This document shows positions 12,651 to 25,881 of a stretch of DNA of 64,000 bases, one piece after another. The position numbers and the translations under genes were made by a program. Under the pieces are notes generated by a model. That model worked only from the letters and a program-made list of their open reading frames with translations. It was not told the DNA's origin and searched no databases. The stretch comes from Heterodontus francisci (lineage: Eukaryota): contig NC_090404.1 of assembly GCF_036365525.1 (NCBI RefSeq), forward strand, positions 10,354,001 to 10,418,000, read 5' to 3'. Within the stretch, counting starts at the first letter, position 1. Every line of letters begins with the position of its first letter.

Positions 12651-13471
12651 TAAACAAATTGCAGTCCCAGGCCCCAATATAAAACAGGGAGCATTATCTG
12701 ATTTACCAACAGCTGGCATAGGTCTCAAAGCCAAAATAAGAACCTTCTAGTCCCACGTTTGTATCTAACCTGTGGTGTACTTGCCGTGGGAGTGTTTGAT
12801 GCGACAGTGTAGAGGGAGCTTTACTCTGTATACAGCCCAATGTGTATCTGACTGGAGAATGCTTCGAGCAGACACCAGGTACTCAGAATTTCCCATTTCT
12901 ATTTCCCTGACGCTGACATCCATCACTATAAACTAAAGATGAGATAAACCCATCAGTTTCTCCTCGGTCACAGATCTGGAGGGACAGTGAGTGTCTGGAA
13001 CATTTTTGTACAGTCTGCTCGATATTTCATCCCTGTGTCTGCACCTTTTGGTGATGATTTGAAATTGAGGTCCTCTAGTTACTGACTCACCGACTACTGG
13101 GAATACATTTTCCTCATTTACCTGATGAAGTTTTGGACCTCTCCCTCAGATCTCCAATGACCCTTTGTTCTAATGAAAAGAGCCCTAATTTCTCCAATCT
13201 CTCCTGATAACTAAAGCCTCTCTTCCCTGGTATCATCTCAGTGAATCTCTTCTGCACCCTCTCCATGGTCTTGACGTCCTTCCTGGTGTAAGATCCCAAA
13301 ACTTCACCCAATATTCCAACTGCCGCCTAACCAATGATTTGTATAGGTTTACGTGACCTCTGTCCTTTTGTACTCTACACCCCTAATTATAAAGCCTAGG
13401 ATCCCGTTGTGCTTTTTAACCACTTTACCAAGTTGTCCATCCGGTTTTAAAGGTTTGTGTATCTGAACCCC

Positions 13472-14236
13472 TTGTAGGTTTCGAAAATATGAACGTAACG
13501 TGTCTAAAATACATTGATATCAAATGTCTGATATAATGTGTATTCTGGGATAGAGAAGTTTAGTCTGAGTTAGAAACTCAAACAGCTGCCTCACTGCAGC
13601 CAGGTCACCATGGCAACACTGATAAGACATTCCATTCCACAGAATCGACTCATTGGAAAGTGTAATCAGATCAGGAGAAAGGACTGGGTTTGTTTGTTAC
13701 TAACCACAATATAAACCTAAACCAGATTGAGCAATATATAATGTGTGATGTTTATATCTATAGTTGTGAAACTGTAAGAAATAACAAAATTAACAGTAGG
13801 CAGGGTAGTTTAGGGATAATAAAGTTACTGAAGTTGCTGGGAACCAGGGAATGTGTCCTTGTAAATCATAGATTAGAGAAATTCCAGCTGTCTTTTCCTC
13901 ACTTCCTGCCAAAAGCCAGCAGAGAAGACAAACAAGAGTCAGGATCCACAACTGGATCACGACAGGATATACAAGTGAGGGGATACTGCTGTAAGGGACT
14001 GGAGACACTGGAAATCAAGCTCATGGAACCCGAGGTTCCATCCAGTGGGCTGACCTCATGTAAGTGACTGTGGACACGTGGGACTTTCATGTTTACTCTG
14101 ATTGATGGATCAATATAAGATATAGTAGAGGACAGAGAATCTGTTCAGCTTATATTTCTTATACTGTATTAAAGATGCTCACACTGGACTCTCAGTCTGC
14201 TAATTAATAAGATAAGGTTTTAGCTAGAATCTTCCA
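13472..14236 (+). mobile_element. Putative solo LTR inserted in a CR1 fragment
   Basis: TGTAG...TTCCA termini; ATTAAA ~14168; interrupts CR1-like sequence; 5' part repeated at 35209-35590; no clear TSD. Confidence 0.5.
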
Positions 14237-14879
14237 GCTCTTTACTGGTCTGCTCCTCTACTACTTTTAAACCTTTACCATTTAGTGTTCATTTCATCTT
14301 TAATAACTCTCAAAATGTATCACTTCATATTTCTCTGTGTTAAATTTAATCTGATATCTACCTGCCCCATTTATTAACCTGTCACTTACATTCCTCTTCA
14401 CCGTTCCCCACGTTCCCTATTTTAAAGTTGTCTGGAGATTTTGATCATATGCCCCATGTGCACAAGCCCAGATCATTTCTCTATATTGGTCCCAAAACTG
14501 ACCCTGGGGACAGTCTGAAGAACATTCATTAACCACTACTGTCTCTTTTCTGCCCTTTACCCAACTTCCCATCCACGCTGTCCCACTCCCCTTTAATACC
14601 ATGAGTTTAAATTTTATCAACAAGCTGCCTGTCCAGCATCTTATCAAACACCTTTTGACAATCCATCTACACAACATCCACTGCATTTCCTTTCTCACTA
14701 AACTGTGTTATTCACTTAAATAATCCCTGCTGTCTGTCTTGAATGAATCCATTTCACTAACAAATGTTGAAATGTTTGCACCACACCCACAGGGTTTCAT
14801 CTGTTTAAAGCCACAACAAAAAGGACTAGTTTACTCCTGGAGTTTGAGATAAATTAGGTTTCAAAATGATGCAGAGTTT

Positions 14880-15100
14880 CAGCCAATGAGGGACATCTGG
14901 GCTCAGCCCCGCCCATTACAAACACTGGTTGGAGGACCAACCACCACCTCGGTCCTCCAGTCCCGTCCAGCCCTTTCTATTGGTCTGGAGCTCATGTCAA
15001 TCACGCAGGCATTATGAGTTGGCAGGTAAGAGGTGTGGAGGGAGCGGGTTAATAAACCCAGGGGGAGGTGGCTCCCGGGTTCACCCGGGCCGGTAAGCAC
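14880..15100 (+). promoter_or_regulatory. Candidate promoter / non-coding first exon
   Basis: CCAAT at 14883, GC box GCCCCGCCC at 14906, ATTGG at 14978, donor-like CAG|GTAAGA ~15025. Confidence 0.3.
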
Positions 15101-16404
15101 AGATAAGCGACAAACTCTGGGAGTAACACGAAATGCTGGAAACTCTCAGGAAGTGTCTGTAAATGAAGGAGAAATTCAAAAACCTTGCATTTCTGTAGCG
15201 CTTTTCAGAAACACAGGATATCCGAAAGTGCTTTACAGCCAAGTGTAGTTACTGTTGAAATGTCAGAAATATGGCAACAATTTCAAGTTCCCACAAACAG
15301 AAATGTGATAATTTTGTTTTTATTCATGGGGTGTGGGCGTCCCTGGCTAGGCCAGCATTTATTACCCATCTCAAATTTCCCTTGGGAAGGTGGTGGTGAG
15401 CTGCCTTCTTGAACCATTGCAGTCCATGTGGGGTAGGTACACCCATAGTGCTGTTCGGAAGGGAGTTCCAGGATTTTGACCCAACGACAGTGAAGGAGCG
15501 GTGATAAAGTTCCAAATCAGGATGGTGTGTGGTTTGGAGGGGAACTTGCAGGTGGTGGTGTTCCCATGCATTTGCTGCCCTTGTCCTTCTAGATGGCAGA
15601 GATCACGGATTTGGAAGGTGCTGTCTAAGGAGCCTTGATAGGTTATTAGTCTTGGACTCACTTTTCTCTCCTTCAAACTGATAGTAAAATTAAATCATAT
15701 TATGATCACGGATACCTAGGGGTGCCTTAACTATGAGATCATTAATTAATCATATCTCATTGCACAATACCAGGTCTAGTATAGCCTGCTGTCAGGTTGG
15801 CTCCAGACCATATTGTTCCAAGAAATTATCCCGAAAACATTCTATGTACTCTTCATCTGGGGTACCTCTGCCCATCTGACTTTTCCAGTCTATATGTAGG
15901 TTAAAATCCCTCATAATTATCGCTGTACCTTTCTGACAAGCTGCCATTATTTCTTCCTTTATACCCGTCCTACAGTGTGGTTAGTGTTAAGTGGCATCTA
16001 GCATTATCTGTTGACTTACTCTTAGATTTGTTTGCTCTGTCCCTTCCTGTCGCAGTCTGTTTATCATCGCCCAGTCACCCGGAGGAGCGAGTGGCTAAGA
16101 GGAGGGAAGTGGCCTGCGACCGACTGCTAGTGTCTTGGAGGGATTTGGGGGGGGGGGGTTGGGGAAACGAGGGGCAGGAGAGTGGGAGCGAGGGGGTGGG
16201 AGGAGCGAGCGGACGGAGGGTGGGGAGGGGGGAGGGAGCGAGTAGCGAGCGGCCTGATGTAGGTGACCGGGGGTGGTGGGGGGGTGGGGAGTGTTTTTCT
16301 GCACATGCGCCAGTTAGCGTTTTGCTGGCAAGGCAAGACGTAGGCTGGGCATGCTCAGCATCTCAGCGCAGTAGACCGTTCGCGCATGTGCGCAGTTCGG
16401 AAAA

Positions 16405-17000
16405 ACATAGAAAATTGGAGCAGGAGTAGGCCATTCGACCCTTCGGGGCCTGTTCCGCCATTCAAAAAAATCATGGCTGCTCATCTAATTCAGTACCCTG
16501 TTCACGCTTTCTCCCCATATCTCTTGATCCCGTTAGCATTAAGAAATATATCTATCTCCTTCTTGAATATATTTAATGACTTGGCCTCCACTGCCTTCTG
16601 CGGTAGAGAATTGCACAGGTTCACCATCCTCTGAGTGAAGAAATTTCTTCTCATCTCGTATCTAACGACATACCCCGTATCCTGAGACTGACTGCTGCTT
16701 CTGGACTCCCCAGCCATCGGGAACATCCTCCCTGCATCTAGCCTGTCTAGCCCTGTTAAAATGGTTTCTGTGAGATCCCCTTTCATTCTTCTAAACTCTC
16801 GTGAATATAGGCCTAGTCGACCCAATCTCTCCTCATACGCCAATCCTGCCATCCCAGGAATCAACTCAGTAAATCTTCTTTGCACTCCTTCCATTGCATG
16901 AACGTCAGATAAGGAGACCAAAACAGCACACAATACTCCAGATGTGGTCTCACCAAGGCCCTGTATAGCTGCAGTAAGACATCGTTGCTCCTGTACTCAA
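16405..17000 (-). mobile_element. CR1 LINE 3' end
   Basis: VQRRFTELIPGMAGLAYEERLGRLGLYS. Confidence 0.85.
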
Positions 17001-17178
17001 AAAGTGCTCTGACAACACCAGTGCGCCGCTGCGTTGCCAGGAGTCACTTTGTTTTTTGTTTTGGGTTTTGATAACCCTGCCCCATCGTTGCCACCTTTGT
17101 TCGGGGCAAAACTGCAGCAGTGCCATTCAGTCAGGCGAAATGAAGCGACACTGCCCCACAGAAAAATGGACACAACTT

Positions 17179-17508
17179 TTTATTTATTTATTTTTTTATT
17201 TAGAGATACAGCACTGAAACAGGCCCTTCGGCCCACCAAGTCTGTGCCGACCAACAACCACCCATTTATGCTAACCCTACAGTAATCCCTTATTCCCTAT
17301 CACCTACCTACACTAGGGGCAATTTACAATGGCCAATTTACCTATCACCTGCAAGTCTTTGGCTGTGGGAGGAAACCAGAGCACCTGGGGAAAACCCACG
17401 CAGACACAGAGAGAACTTGCAAACTCCACACAGGCAGTACCCAGAATCGAACCCGGGTCCCTGGAGCTGTGAGGCTGCAGTGCTAACCACTGCGCCACTG
17501 TGCCGCCC
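17179..17508 (-). mobile_element. HE1-like V-SINE, full length
   Basis: Reverse complement of the 4410 element with a TAAA-rich tail. Confidence 0.9.
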
Positions 17509-17519
17509 TCCTGAGAAGA

Positions 17520-20140
17520 ACACAGAATCACAGAATTGTTACAGTGCAGAAAGAGGCCATTCGGTCCATTGTGTCTGCATTGGCTCGCTCGAAGAGAAAT
17601 TCCTTCAGTCCCATTCCCCTGCCTTCTCCCCATAACCCTGCACATTCTTCCTTTTCATGTAACTGTCTAGTTCCCTTTTGAATGCTACAATTGAACCTGT
17701 CTCCACCACACTCTCAGGCAACACATTCCAGACCTTAACCATTCGCTGCGTGAAAAAGTTTTTCCTCATGTCACTTTTGCTTCCCTTACCAAATACTTTA
17801 AATCTGTGCCCTCTCATTATCGATCTTTTCACTAGTGGGAACAGTTTCTCTCTATCTGTTCTGTTCGGACCCCTCATGATTTTGAATACGTCTATCAAAT
17901 CACCTTTCGGCCTTCTCTTTTCCAAGGAAAACAGTCCTAACTTTTCCAATCTTATCTTCATAACTGAAATTCCTCATCCCTGGAACCATTCTCGTGAGTC
18001 TCTTCGTACTCCCTCCAATACCCTCACGTCTTTCCTCAAGTGCGACACTCAGAATTGGACACAATACTCCAGCTGAGGCCGAACTAGTGTCTTATACAAG
18101 TTCAACATAACTTCCTCGCTCTTGTACTCTATGCCCCTATTAATAAAGCGCAGGATACGGTATGCTTTATTAACTGCTCTCTCAACCTGTCCTGCCACCT
18201 TCAATGACTTATGCACATATACACCTAGGTCCCTCTGCTCCTGCACCTCCTTTAGAATTGTGCCCTTTATTCTATATTGTTTCTTCGTGTTCTTCCTACC
18301 AAAATGAATCACCTCACATTTCTCTGCATTGAACTTCATCTGCCACCTGTCTGCCCATTCCACCAACTTGTCTATGTCCTTTTGAAGTTCTACACTATCC
18401 TCCTCACAGTTTACAATGCTTCCAATTTTCTTATCATCTGCAAACTTTGAAATTGTGTCCTGTAAACTAAGGTCTAGGTCATTAATATGTATCAGGAAAC
18501 GCAAGGGTCCCAACACTGATCCCTGGGGAACTCCTCTACAAATGTTCCACCAGCCCATCCATTAACCACTATCTTTTGTTTCCTGTCACTCAGCCAATTT
18601 CGTATCCATGCTGCTACTGTCCCTTTTCTTCCATGAGCTACAAGTTTGCTCACAAGTCTGATGAAGGGTCACTGACCTGAAATGTTAACTCTGCTTCTCT
18701 CTCCACAGATGCTGCCAGACCTGCTAAGTATTTCCAGCATTTCTTGTTTGTGTTTCAGATTTCCAGCATCTGCAGTATTTTGCTTTTATTATAGCTCACA
18801 AGTCTGTTGTGTGGCACTGTATCAAATACTTTTTGAAAGTCCATGTACACCACATCAACAGCATTGCCCTCATCAACCCTCTCTGTTACCTCCTCAAAAT
18901 ACTCCAGCAAGTTAGTTAAACATGATTTTCCTAAATGGAATCCATGCTGGCTTTCCTTAATTAACTCGCATTTGTCCATGTGACTATTGATTTTGTTCCA
19001 CATTATTTTTTCCAGAAGTTTTCCCACCACCGAAGTTAAACTGACAGCCTGTAGTTGCTGGGCTTATCTTTACACCCTTTATTGAACAAGAGTGTAACGT
19101 TTGCAATTCTCCAGTCCTCTGGCACCACCCCTTAGTCTAAGGAAGACTGAAAAATCATGGCCAGCGCTTCTGCGATTTCCACCCTCACTTTTCTCAGTAT
19201 CCTTGGATGCATCTCATCTGGTCCTGGTGTGTTATCCACTTTAAGTACAGACAGCCTAACTAATACTTCTTTATCAATTTTAAACCCCTCTAGTGTCTGA
19301 CTTACCTCCTCTTGCAACATTGCCTGGGTTGCATGCAAAGTATTCATTTAATATCTCAGCTATGTCCTCTGCCTCCATGTATAAACCTCCTTTCTAGTCT
19401 CTAATCGGCCCCACTCCTCCTACTACCACCCTTTTCGTATTTATATGCTTATAGAAAACTTTGGGATTTCCTGTAATACTAGCTGCCAGTCTCTTCTCAT
19501 TCTCTCTCTTTGCTTCTCTTATTTGCTTTTTCACTTCCCCTCTGGACCTTCTATATTCAGCCTGATTTTCGATAGTATTTTCTACCTGGCATCTGTCATA
19601 AGCACACTTTTTCTTCTCTATCTTTATCTCGACCTCTTTTGTCATCCAGGGAGCTCTGGATTTGTTTGCTCTGCTTTTCCCCATACCTCGACTGTGCCCG
19701 AACTATCTCCTCTTTGAAGCTAGCCCATTGTTCATCTACCAGTTTTCCTGCCAGCTTTTGACTCCAATTTATTCTCGCCAGCTCCATTCTTACCCCATGA
19801 AGATGGCCTCCCCCCAGTTAATTATTCTTACCCTGGATTGTTCTCTGTCCTTTTCCATAGTCAGCCTAAACCTTATGATACAATGATCACTATCCCCTAA
19901 ATGCTCTCCTACTAGTACTTTATCCACTTGGCCCACCTCCTTCCCAAAAACCAGGTCTCGCAGTGACTCCTTTCTCGATGGACTAGCAACATGTTGTTGT
20001 AGAAAATTTTCCTGAACACAATCGAGGAATTCGTGTCCTTCACTGCGCTCTACACTACTATTATCCCAGTCTATATTTGGATAATTAAAGTCCCCCATTA
20101 AAACTACCCTATAATTTTTGCACCTCTCTGTAATTTCCAA
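17520..20140 (-). mobile_element. CR1 LINE ORF2 (endonuclease to 3' end), decayed
   Basis: VLMGDFNYPNIDW, SDHCII, GVPQGSVLGP, KFADD, RPQLEYCVQF. Confidence 0.9.
18661..18793 (+). mobile_element. 133-bp Penelope pseudo-LTR-like insert with a hammerhead-like core
   Basis: 13-bp TSD GCTCACAAGTCTG (18648-18660, 18794-18806); CTGATGA-AGGGTC-ACT-GACCT-GAAA-TGTT-AACT. Confidence 0.75.
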
Positions 20141-20289
20141 TCATATTGTAATTTCCAATCATATTGCTTGTTTTGTTAAAAAAAAATAGAATTATCTTCT
20201 GCAGGCTGGGATGTACATTATTTGCCGTTCTTAATGGGCAAAATGTTATGCAGTATATATCAACTTTTCTGTTGGTTGACTCGGACCTA

Positions 20290-20620
20290 TTTGTCTCCCC
20301 TTACAAAGATGGCTGACTACTCTGAGCAGGCGGATTACCCACCATTCCGCGCGGACGTGAACCTGCCCCATTCACAATACAGGAGTCCAGCACGCAGGCG
20401 CAGTGTCATTTTGATCGGAGTGCTGGAGACGCTTTTGCAACGGGTGAGAGTCGGGCTGAGGCGGGAGGAGATTGTGGGCGCAGGGGATGAACTGGAGCCT
20501 TGGGTGGGCTGGGAAGCTTTATAAACACCAGGGGTAGGCCTGAGGCCCCGAATAAGAGGCCACAGGCCCGGGGGAGCGGCGTCACTGGCCGCCATCCTGT
20601 ACAAGTCTTGGTGAGGGACA
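20290..20620 (+). promoter_or_regulatory. CpG-rich promoter and probable non-coding exon 1 of ZNF cassette B
   Basis: YY1-type CAAAGATGGC at 20304, NRF1-like ACGCAGGCGCA ~20392, donor CGG|GTGAGA at 20444; 1.3 kb upstream of the acceptor at 21709. Confidence 0.55.
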
Positions 20621-22058
20621 GTGATGGATTCAGTAAACTGAGAGATTACAGCGATTGGGAAAGATTGAACAGGGTGGAGCTTTTATATTCCGAAAACAGA
20701 AGACTTAGCGGTGACATGATAGAGCTCTTTAAAATTATCAATGGGTTGGACAGAGTAGATGTGGAGAGAATGTTTCCACTTGTGAGTGAATCCAAATCCA
20801 GGGGCCATGAATACAGTTACTGATAATTCCAATCGGGAAATAAGGAGAGATTTCTTTACTCACAGAGAGTGGGTAGAATGTGGAAGTGATTGAGGTAAAT
20901 AGTTGAGATGCTTTCAAAAGGAAACTGGATGAAAACATGAGAGAAAAGAGAATAAAAAGGTCTGCTGAAAGGCTGAAATTAGGTAGATGGAATGGGAATC
21001 AGATACATGAGGTGAATGGGATATAAAAGTAGCGATATTTTGCTGCAGTTGCACAGAGCATTGGTGAGACCACATCGAGAGTATTGTGTATACTTTTGGT
21101 GTCCTTACTTAAGAAAGGATATGATTGCATTGGAAGCAGTTCAGAGAAGGTGCGCTCAACTGATTCCTGGGCTGAGCGGGTTATCATATGAGGAAAAGTT
21201 GGACAGATTGGATCTGTATTCATTGGAGTTCAGAAGGTCGAGAAGTGATCTTATTGAAACAGATAAGATCCCGAAGGGATTTGACAGGGTGGATGTTGAA
21301 AGGATGTTTGCCCTTGTGGGAGAGACTAAAACTAGGGGGCACAATTTAAAAATAAGGGGTCTCACATTTAAGGCAGAGATTAGGAGAATTTTTTTTGTCT
21401 GAGGGTTGTGAGTCTGTGGAACTCTCTTCCCCGGAGAGCGGCGGAGGCAGGGTCATTGAGTGTTTTTAAGGCAGAGGAATGCAGATTCTTGACAAACAAG
21501 GAAGTCAAAGGGTATCGGGGACAGGCAGGAAAGTGGAGCTGAATCCATAAACAGGTCAGCCATGATCTTGTAGATTAGCAGAGCAGGCTCGAAGGGTGGA
21601 CAGTCTACTCCTGTTCTTCTTTTGCATGTTTGTATAAGCACCTGTACGGACTAGTTCATCTGAATGGCCTGTTTGTATACTGTGTATTCTATGTAATCTC
21701 CTTTTACAGGGAATTAGAAGGGGTAGATTTGCACGCAGGAAACTCAAACCAAAGATCACATCAGGATCTGACAGAGCCACTCAATTCATCTGGACCTGAA
21801 TTTCATCAGCCTTTGAATGTAGAAGGAGAAATGTTTGACTGTTCTGTCTGTGGGAAAAGGTTGCAAACATCAGGGTGACTGGAAAAGCACTGAGACACAC
21901 ACCCCCAAGTGAGAGTGTTCCAGTGCACTGACTGTGGAAAGAGCTTTAACCAGTTACACAGTCTGAAAAAGCATCGCACCATTCACAGTGGCGAAGAACT
22001 GTACACTTGTTCTGTGTGTGGCTGAGGCTTCAACTGATCATCCAATCTGGAGAGACAC

Positions 22059-23000
22059 ATGGATACCCGTACCATGGAGAAACTATGGAAATGTGGGGAC
22101 TGTGGGAAGGGATTCAATTACCCTTCCCAGCTGGAAACCCATCAACGCAGTCACACTGGGCAGAGGCCGTTCACCTGCTCCATGTGTGGGAAGGGATTCA
22201 CTCAGCCAACCCACCTCCTGAGACACCAATTTGTTCACACAGATAAGAGACCCTTTAAATGTCCTTGCTGTGAGAAGAGATTTAAAAGTAAACATGACCT
22301 GCTGCAACACCAACGTACTCACACTGGGGAGAGGCCATTCACCTGCTCCATTTGTGAAAAGGGATTCATGAATTCATCCACCCTGCTGAGACACCAACGA
22401 GTTCACAGTGGGGAGAAGCCGTTCACCTGCACCATGTGTGGAAAGGGATTTACTCAGTCGTCCCACATCCTGAGACACCAACGTACTCACACAGATAAGA
22501 GACCTTTTGAATGTTCTGACTGTGAGAAGAGGTTTAAAAGTAAAAATGAGCTGCTGCAACACCAACGTACTCACACAGGGGAGAGGCCGTTCACCTGCTC
22601 TGAGTGTGGAAAGGGATTCACTCAATTATCCAATCTTCGGATACACCAGCGAGTTCACACAAGGGAGAGACCATTCACCTGCTTCGTGTGTGGGAAGGAA
22701 TTCACTCGATTATCCAACCTTCTGATACACCAGCGAGTTCACACAGGGGAGAGACCGTTCACCTGCTCCATATGTGGGAAGGGATTCACATCGACATCCC
22801 ACCTCACTGTACATCAACTTGTTCACACTGATAAGAGACCTTTTGAGTGTTCTTACTGTGAGAAGAGATTTAAAAGCAAAAGCAATCTGTTGACACACCA
22901 GCGAGTTCACACCGGGGAGAGGCTGTTCACCTGCTTGGTGTGTGGGAAAGGTTTTGCTAACTCAAACACACTGCTGAGACACCAGCAAGTTCACAAGTGA
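22059..23000 (+). CDS. Tandem C2H2 zinc-finger protein, 313 aa, 11 fingers, no effector domain visible
   Basis: Uninterrupted ORF with 11 CxxC...HxxxH fingers and TGERP/TDKRP linkers; exon starts after acceptor TTTTACAG at 21709. Confidence 0.9.
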   Translation: MDTRTMEKLWKCGDCGKGFNYPSQLETHQRSHTGQRPFTCSMCGKGFTQPTHLLRHQFVHTDKRPFKCPCCEKRFKSKHDLLQHQRTHTGERPFTCSICEKGFMNSSTLLRHQRVHSGEKPFTCTMCGKGFTQSSHILRHQRTHTDKRPFECSDCEKRFKSKNELLQHQRTHTGERPFTCSECGKGFTQLSNLRIHQRVHTRERPFTCFVCGKEFTRLSNLLIHQRVHTGERPFTCSICGKGFTSTSHLTVHQLVHTDKRPFECSYCEKRFKSKSNLLTHQRVHTGERLFTCLVCGKGFANSNTLLRHQQVHK

Positions 23001-23049
23001 CTGCGGTGATTGGATTCTGCTGTTATTGCTGCTGTTAATCGCATCCAGA

Positions 23050-25490
23050 AGTGAATCCTGACTGGAAGTCTGTTTCCAATTGGGTTTCCACAGGGTTCAG
23101 CACTAGGCCACTTGCTTTTGGTGGTATATATCAGTGATTTAGACTTAAGTGTAGGGCAGCATTATTAAGAAGTTTGCAGATGATACAAAAATTGGTCGTG
23201 TGGTTGACAGTGAGGAATAAAGCTGTAGGCTCCAGGACAATATCAATGAACTGGTCAACTGGGCAGAAAATTGGCAAATGGAATTCAACCCAGAGAAGTG
23301 TGAGTTAATGCATTTGGGGAGGACAAACAAGGCAAGAGAATGCACAGTGAGTGGTAGGATCCTGGAAAGCGTACAGGAACAGAGAGACCTTGGAGTGCAT
23401 GTCCACAGATCGCTGAAGGTAGCAGGACAGATAGATAAGGTGGACAAGAAGGCATACGGGATTCTTTCCATTATTCGTATTTGGGAGATTATGCTAGAAC
23501 TGTATAAAACACCAGTTAGCACCCCCACCTGCCCCAAAGCTAGAGAACTGTGTACAGATCTGGTCTCCACATTATTCAACTATAGAGTAAGACTCGATCA
23601 ATTAATAATTAATTAGCATAAAACTAAAGCCAACTTGATAATTTGTCATAATTACAATCAGTGTTCAAATAATCAGATCCAGGGGATAAAGTTAAATAAC
23701 AAGGGATAGTGACAATAAAGGGATCTGAATTTTTCAGTAAATTAAAATCTGAGATATGTAGATAATAGGAGTTCAGTAAAACATTTAAGTTAACTCCTTA
23801 TAAAATAAATGACATCAGCACAAAGGAAGCAGCTGACCGGTGAGTAGCTGATGAGTCTTTATTCATTTAAATCTTCAATTTATTCCAGTTAAGTCAATTA
23901 ATACTCTAATAAATAAAGACATGGCAGGGCATCTCAGTCCCGTGGAGTGTACATTCTGTTCCATGTGGGAACTGAGGGACACTTCTCATGTTCAGGACAA
24001 TGACATTTTCAGGAAGTGTTGTCAGCTGGAGCAGCAGGAAGCAAAATGTAATGGTCAAAAGGCGATTTGTGGCTGAAGGCTGTTTCCAGTGGGCTTCTCC
24101 GTGACTCAGTGCTATATCAATATCAATGTCAGTATATCTCAATGATTTAGACTTTAACGTAGGGGGCATGATTAAGATGGTGGCAGCCTTGTGGCTGATA
24201 GTGAGGAAGAAAGCTGTAAATTGCAGGAAGATGTCAATGGACTAGTTGAGTGAGCAGAAAAGAGGCAAATGGCGTTGAATTCGGAGAAGTGTGAGATAAT
24301 GTATTTGGGGAAGCCTAACAAGGCAAGGGAATACAGTATTACTGGTAAAATACTGACAAGGCGGCACAGTGGCGCAGTGGTTAGCATCGCAGCCTCACAG
24401 CTCCAGCAACCCGGGTTCAATTCTGGGTACTGCCTGTGTGGAGTTTGCAAGTTTTCCCTGTGAACCGCGTGGGTTTTTGCCGGGTGCTTCGGTTTCCTCC
24501 CACAGCCAAAGACTTGCAGGTTGATAGGTAAATTGGCCATTATAAATTGCCCCTAGTGTAGGTAGGTGGTAGGGGAATATAGAGAAGGTGGGGATGTGAT
24601 AGGAATGTTGGACTAGTATAAATGGGTCGGCACAGACTCGGTGGGCCGAAGGGCCTGTTTCAGTGCTGTATCTCTAAATAAATAAATAAAATTAAAAAAT
24701 AATAATGAAATAAATAAAGTGTAAAGGAACAGAGAGACATTGGAGTGCATGTTCACAGATCCCTGAAGGTTGCTGGACAGGTGGATAAGGTGGTTAAGAA
24801 TGCTTACGGGATACTTTCCTTCATTAGTCAAGGCACTTTCTGTTGATAAAGCATCACAGACCTGAAGCGTTAACTCTGCCTCCACAGATGCTGCCAGACC
24901 TGCTGAGTATTTCCAGCATTTTCTGTTTTCATTACAAGAGCAGGGAGTTTATGCTGGATCTGAATAAAAGCTCTAGTTAGACCACCGCTAGAGTACTGAA
25001 TACAGTTCTGGTCACAGCATTACTGGACAGGTGTGATCGCACCAGAGAGGGTACAGAGGAGATTTGTAAGGATGTCGGCAGGACTGGAGACTTTTGACTA
25101 TGATGAAAGATTGGATAGGCTGGGGTTGTTTTCTTTGGAACAGAGGAGACTGAGAGGAGGTTGATACTATTATAAATAATTGTATACTATGATGAGGGAA
25201 CTAGACTGAGTGCATATGAAGGAGCTGTTTCCCTTAGATTTGAAGTAATTTGCAGAAGGATTAGAGGGAAGTGGAGAAATCATTTCACCCAGAGGGCGGT
25301 GGGGGCCTGGAACTCACTGGAAAGTGTGGTTGAGGCAGAAACCCTCATCATATGTTAAAAAAAAATACCTGGACGTGCTGTAACCTACAGGGCTACAGAC
25401 CAAGAGCTGGAAAGTGGGATTGGGCTGAATAGCTCCTTTTCAGCTGACACAGACGCGATGGGCTGAATGGCCTGTGCTATACATTTACCA
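23050..25490 (+). mobile_element. CR1 fragments downstream of the ZNF stop, with nested SINE and Penelope-like inserts
   Basis: KFADDTK, QMEFNPEKCELMHLG, QRDLGVHVHRSLK. Confidence 0.8.
24360..24700 (+). mobile_element. HE1-like V-SINE
   Basis: Same head, V domain and tail as the 4410 copy. Confidence 0.9.
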
Positions 25491-25881
25491 GGGAGTTTGT
25501 TTCTACTGATGTGCCTAACCCAAAGACTTGCGGGTTGATAGGTAAATTGGCCATTGTAAAAATTGTCCCTAATGTAGGTAGGTGGTAGGAGAATTGAGGG
25601 AAGGTGGGCATGTGAGAGGGAAAATGGAATTAATGTAGGATTAGTATAAATGGGTGGTTGATGGTCGGTGTGGAATTGGTGGGCCGAAGGGCCTGTTTTG
25701 GTGCTGGATCTCTCTATGACTATAACCTCACTAACAGGGATGGAGTTTTATATCCTGGATTAATTTTAAATAAATCATCCTGGATTGATTTGAAATTAAT
25801 CAGCCTGGTTTTCAACACATTGTTGTAGATTTTTGTCTTTCCCACCTAGGTGTTTAGCAGCACCTGGCTGGAGCTCAGAAA

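Noticed and set aside
21876-22037. In-frame TGAs as selenocysteine codons
   Set aside because: They are not at Cys positions, paralogues have CGA/CGT, and no SECIS was recognised
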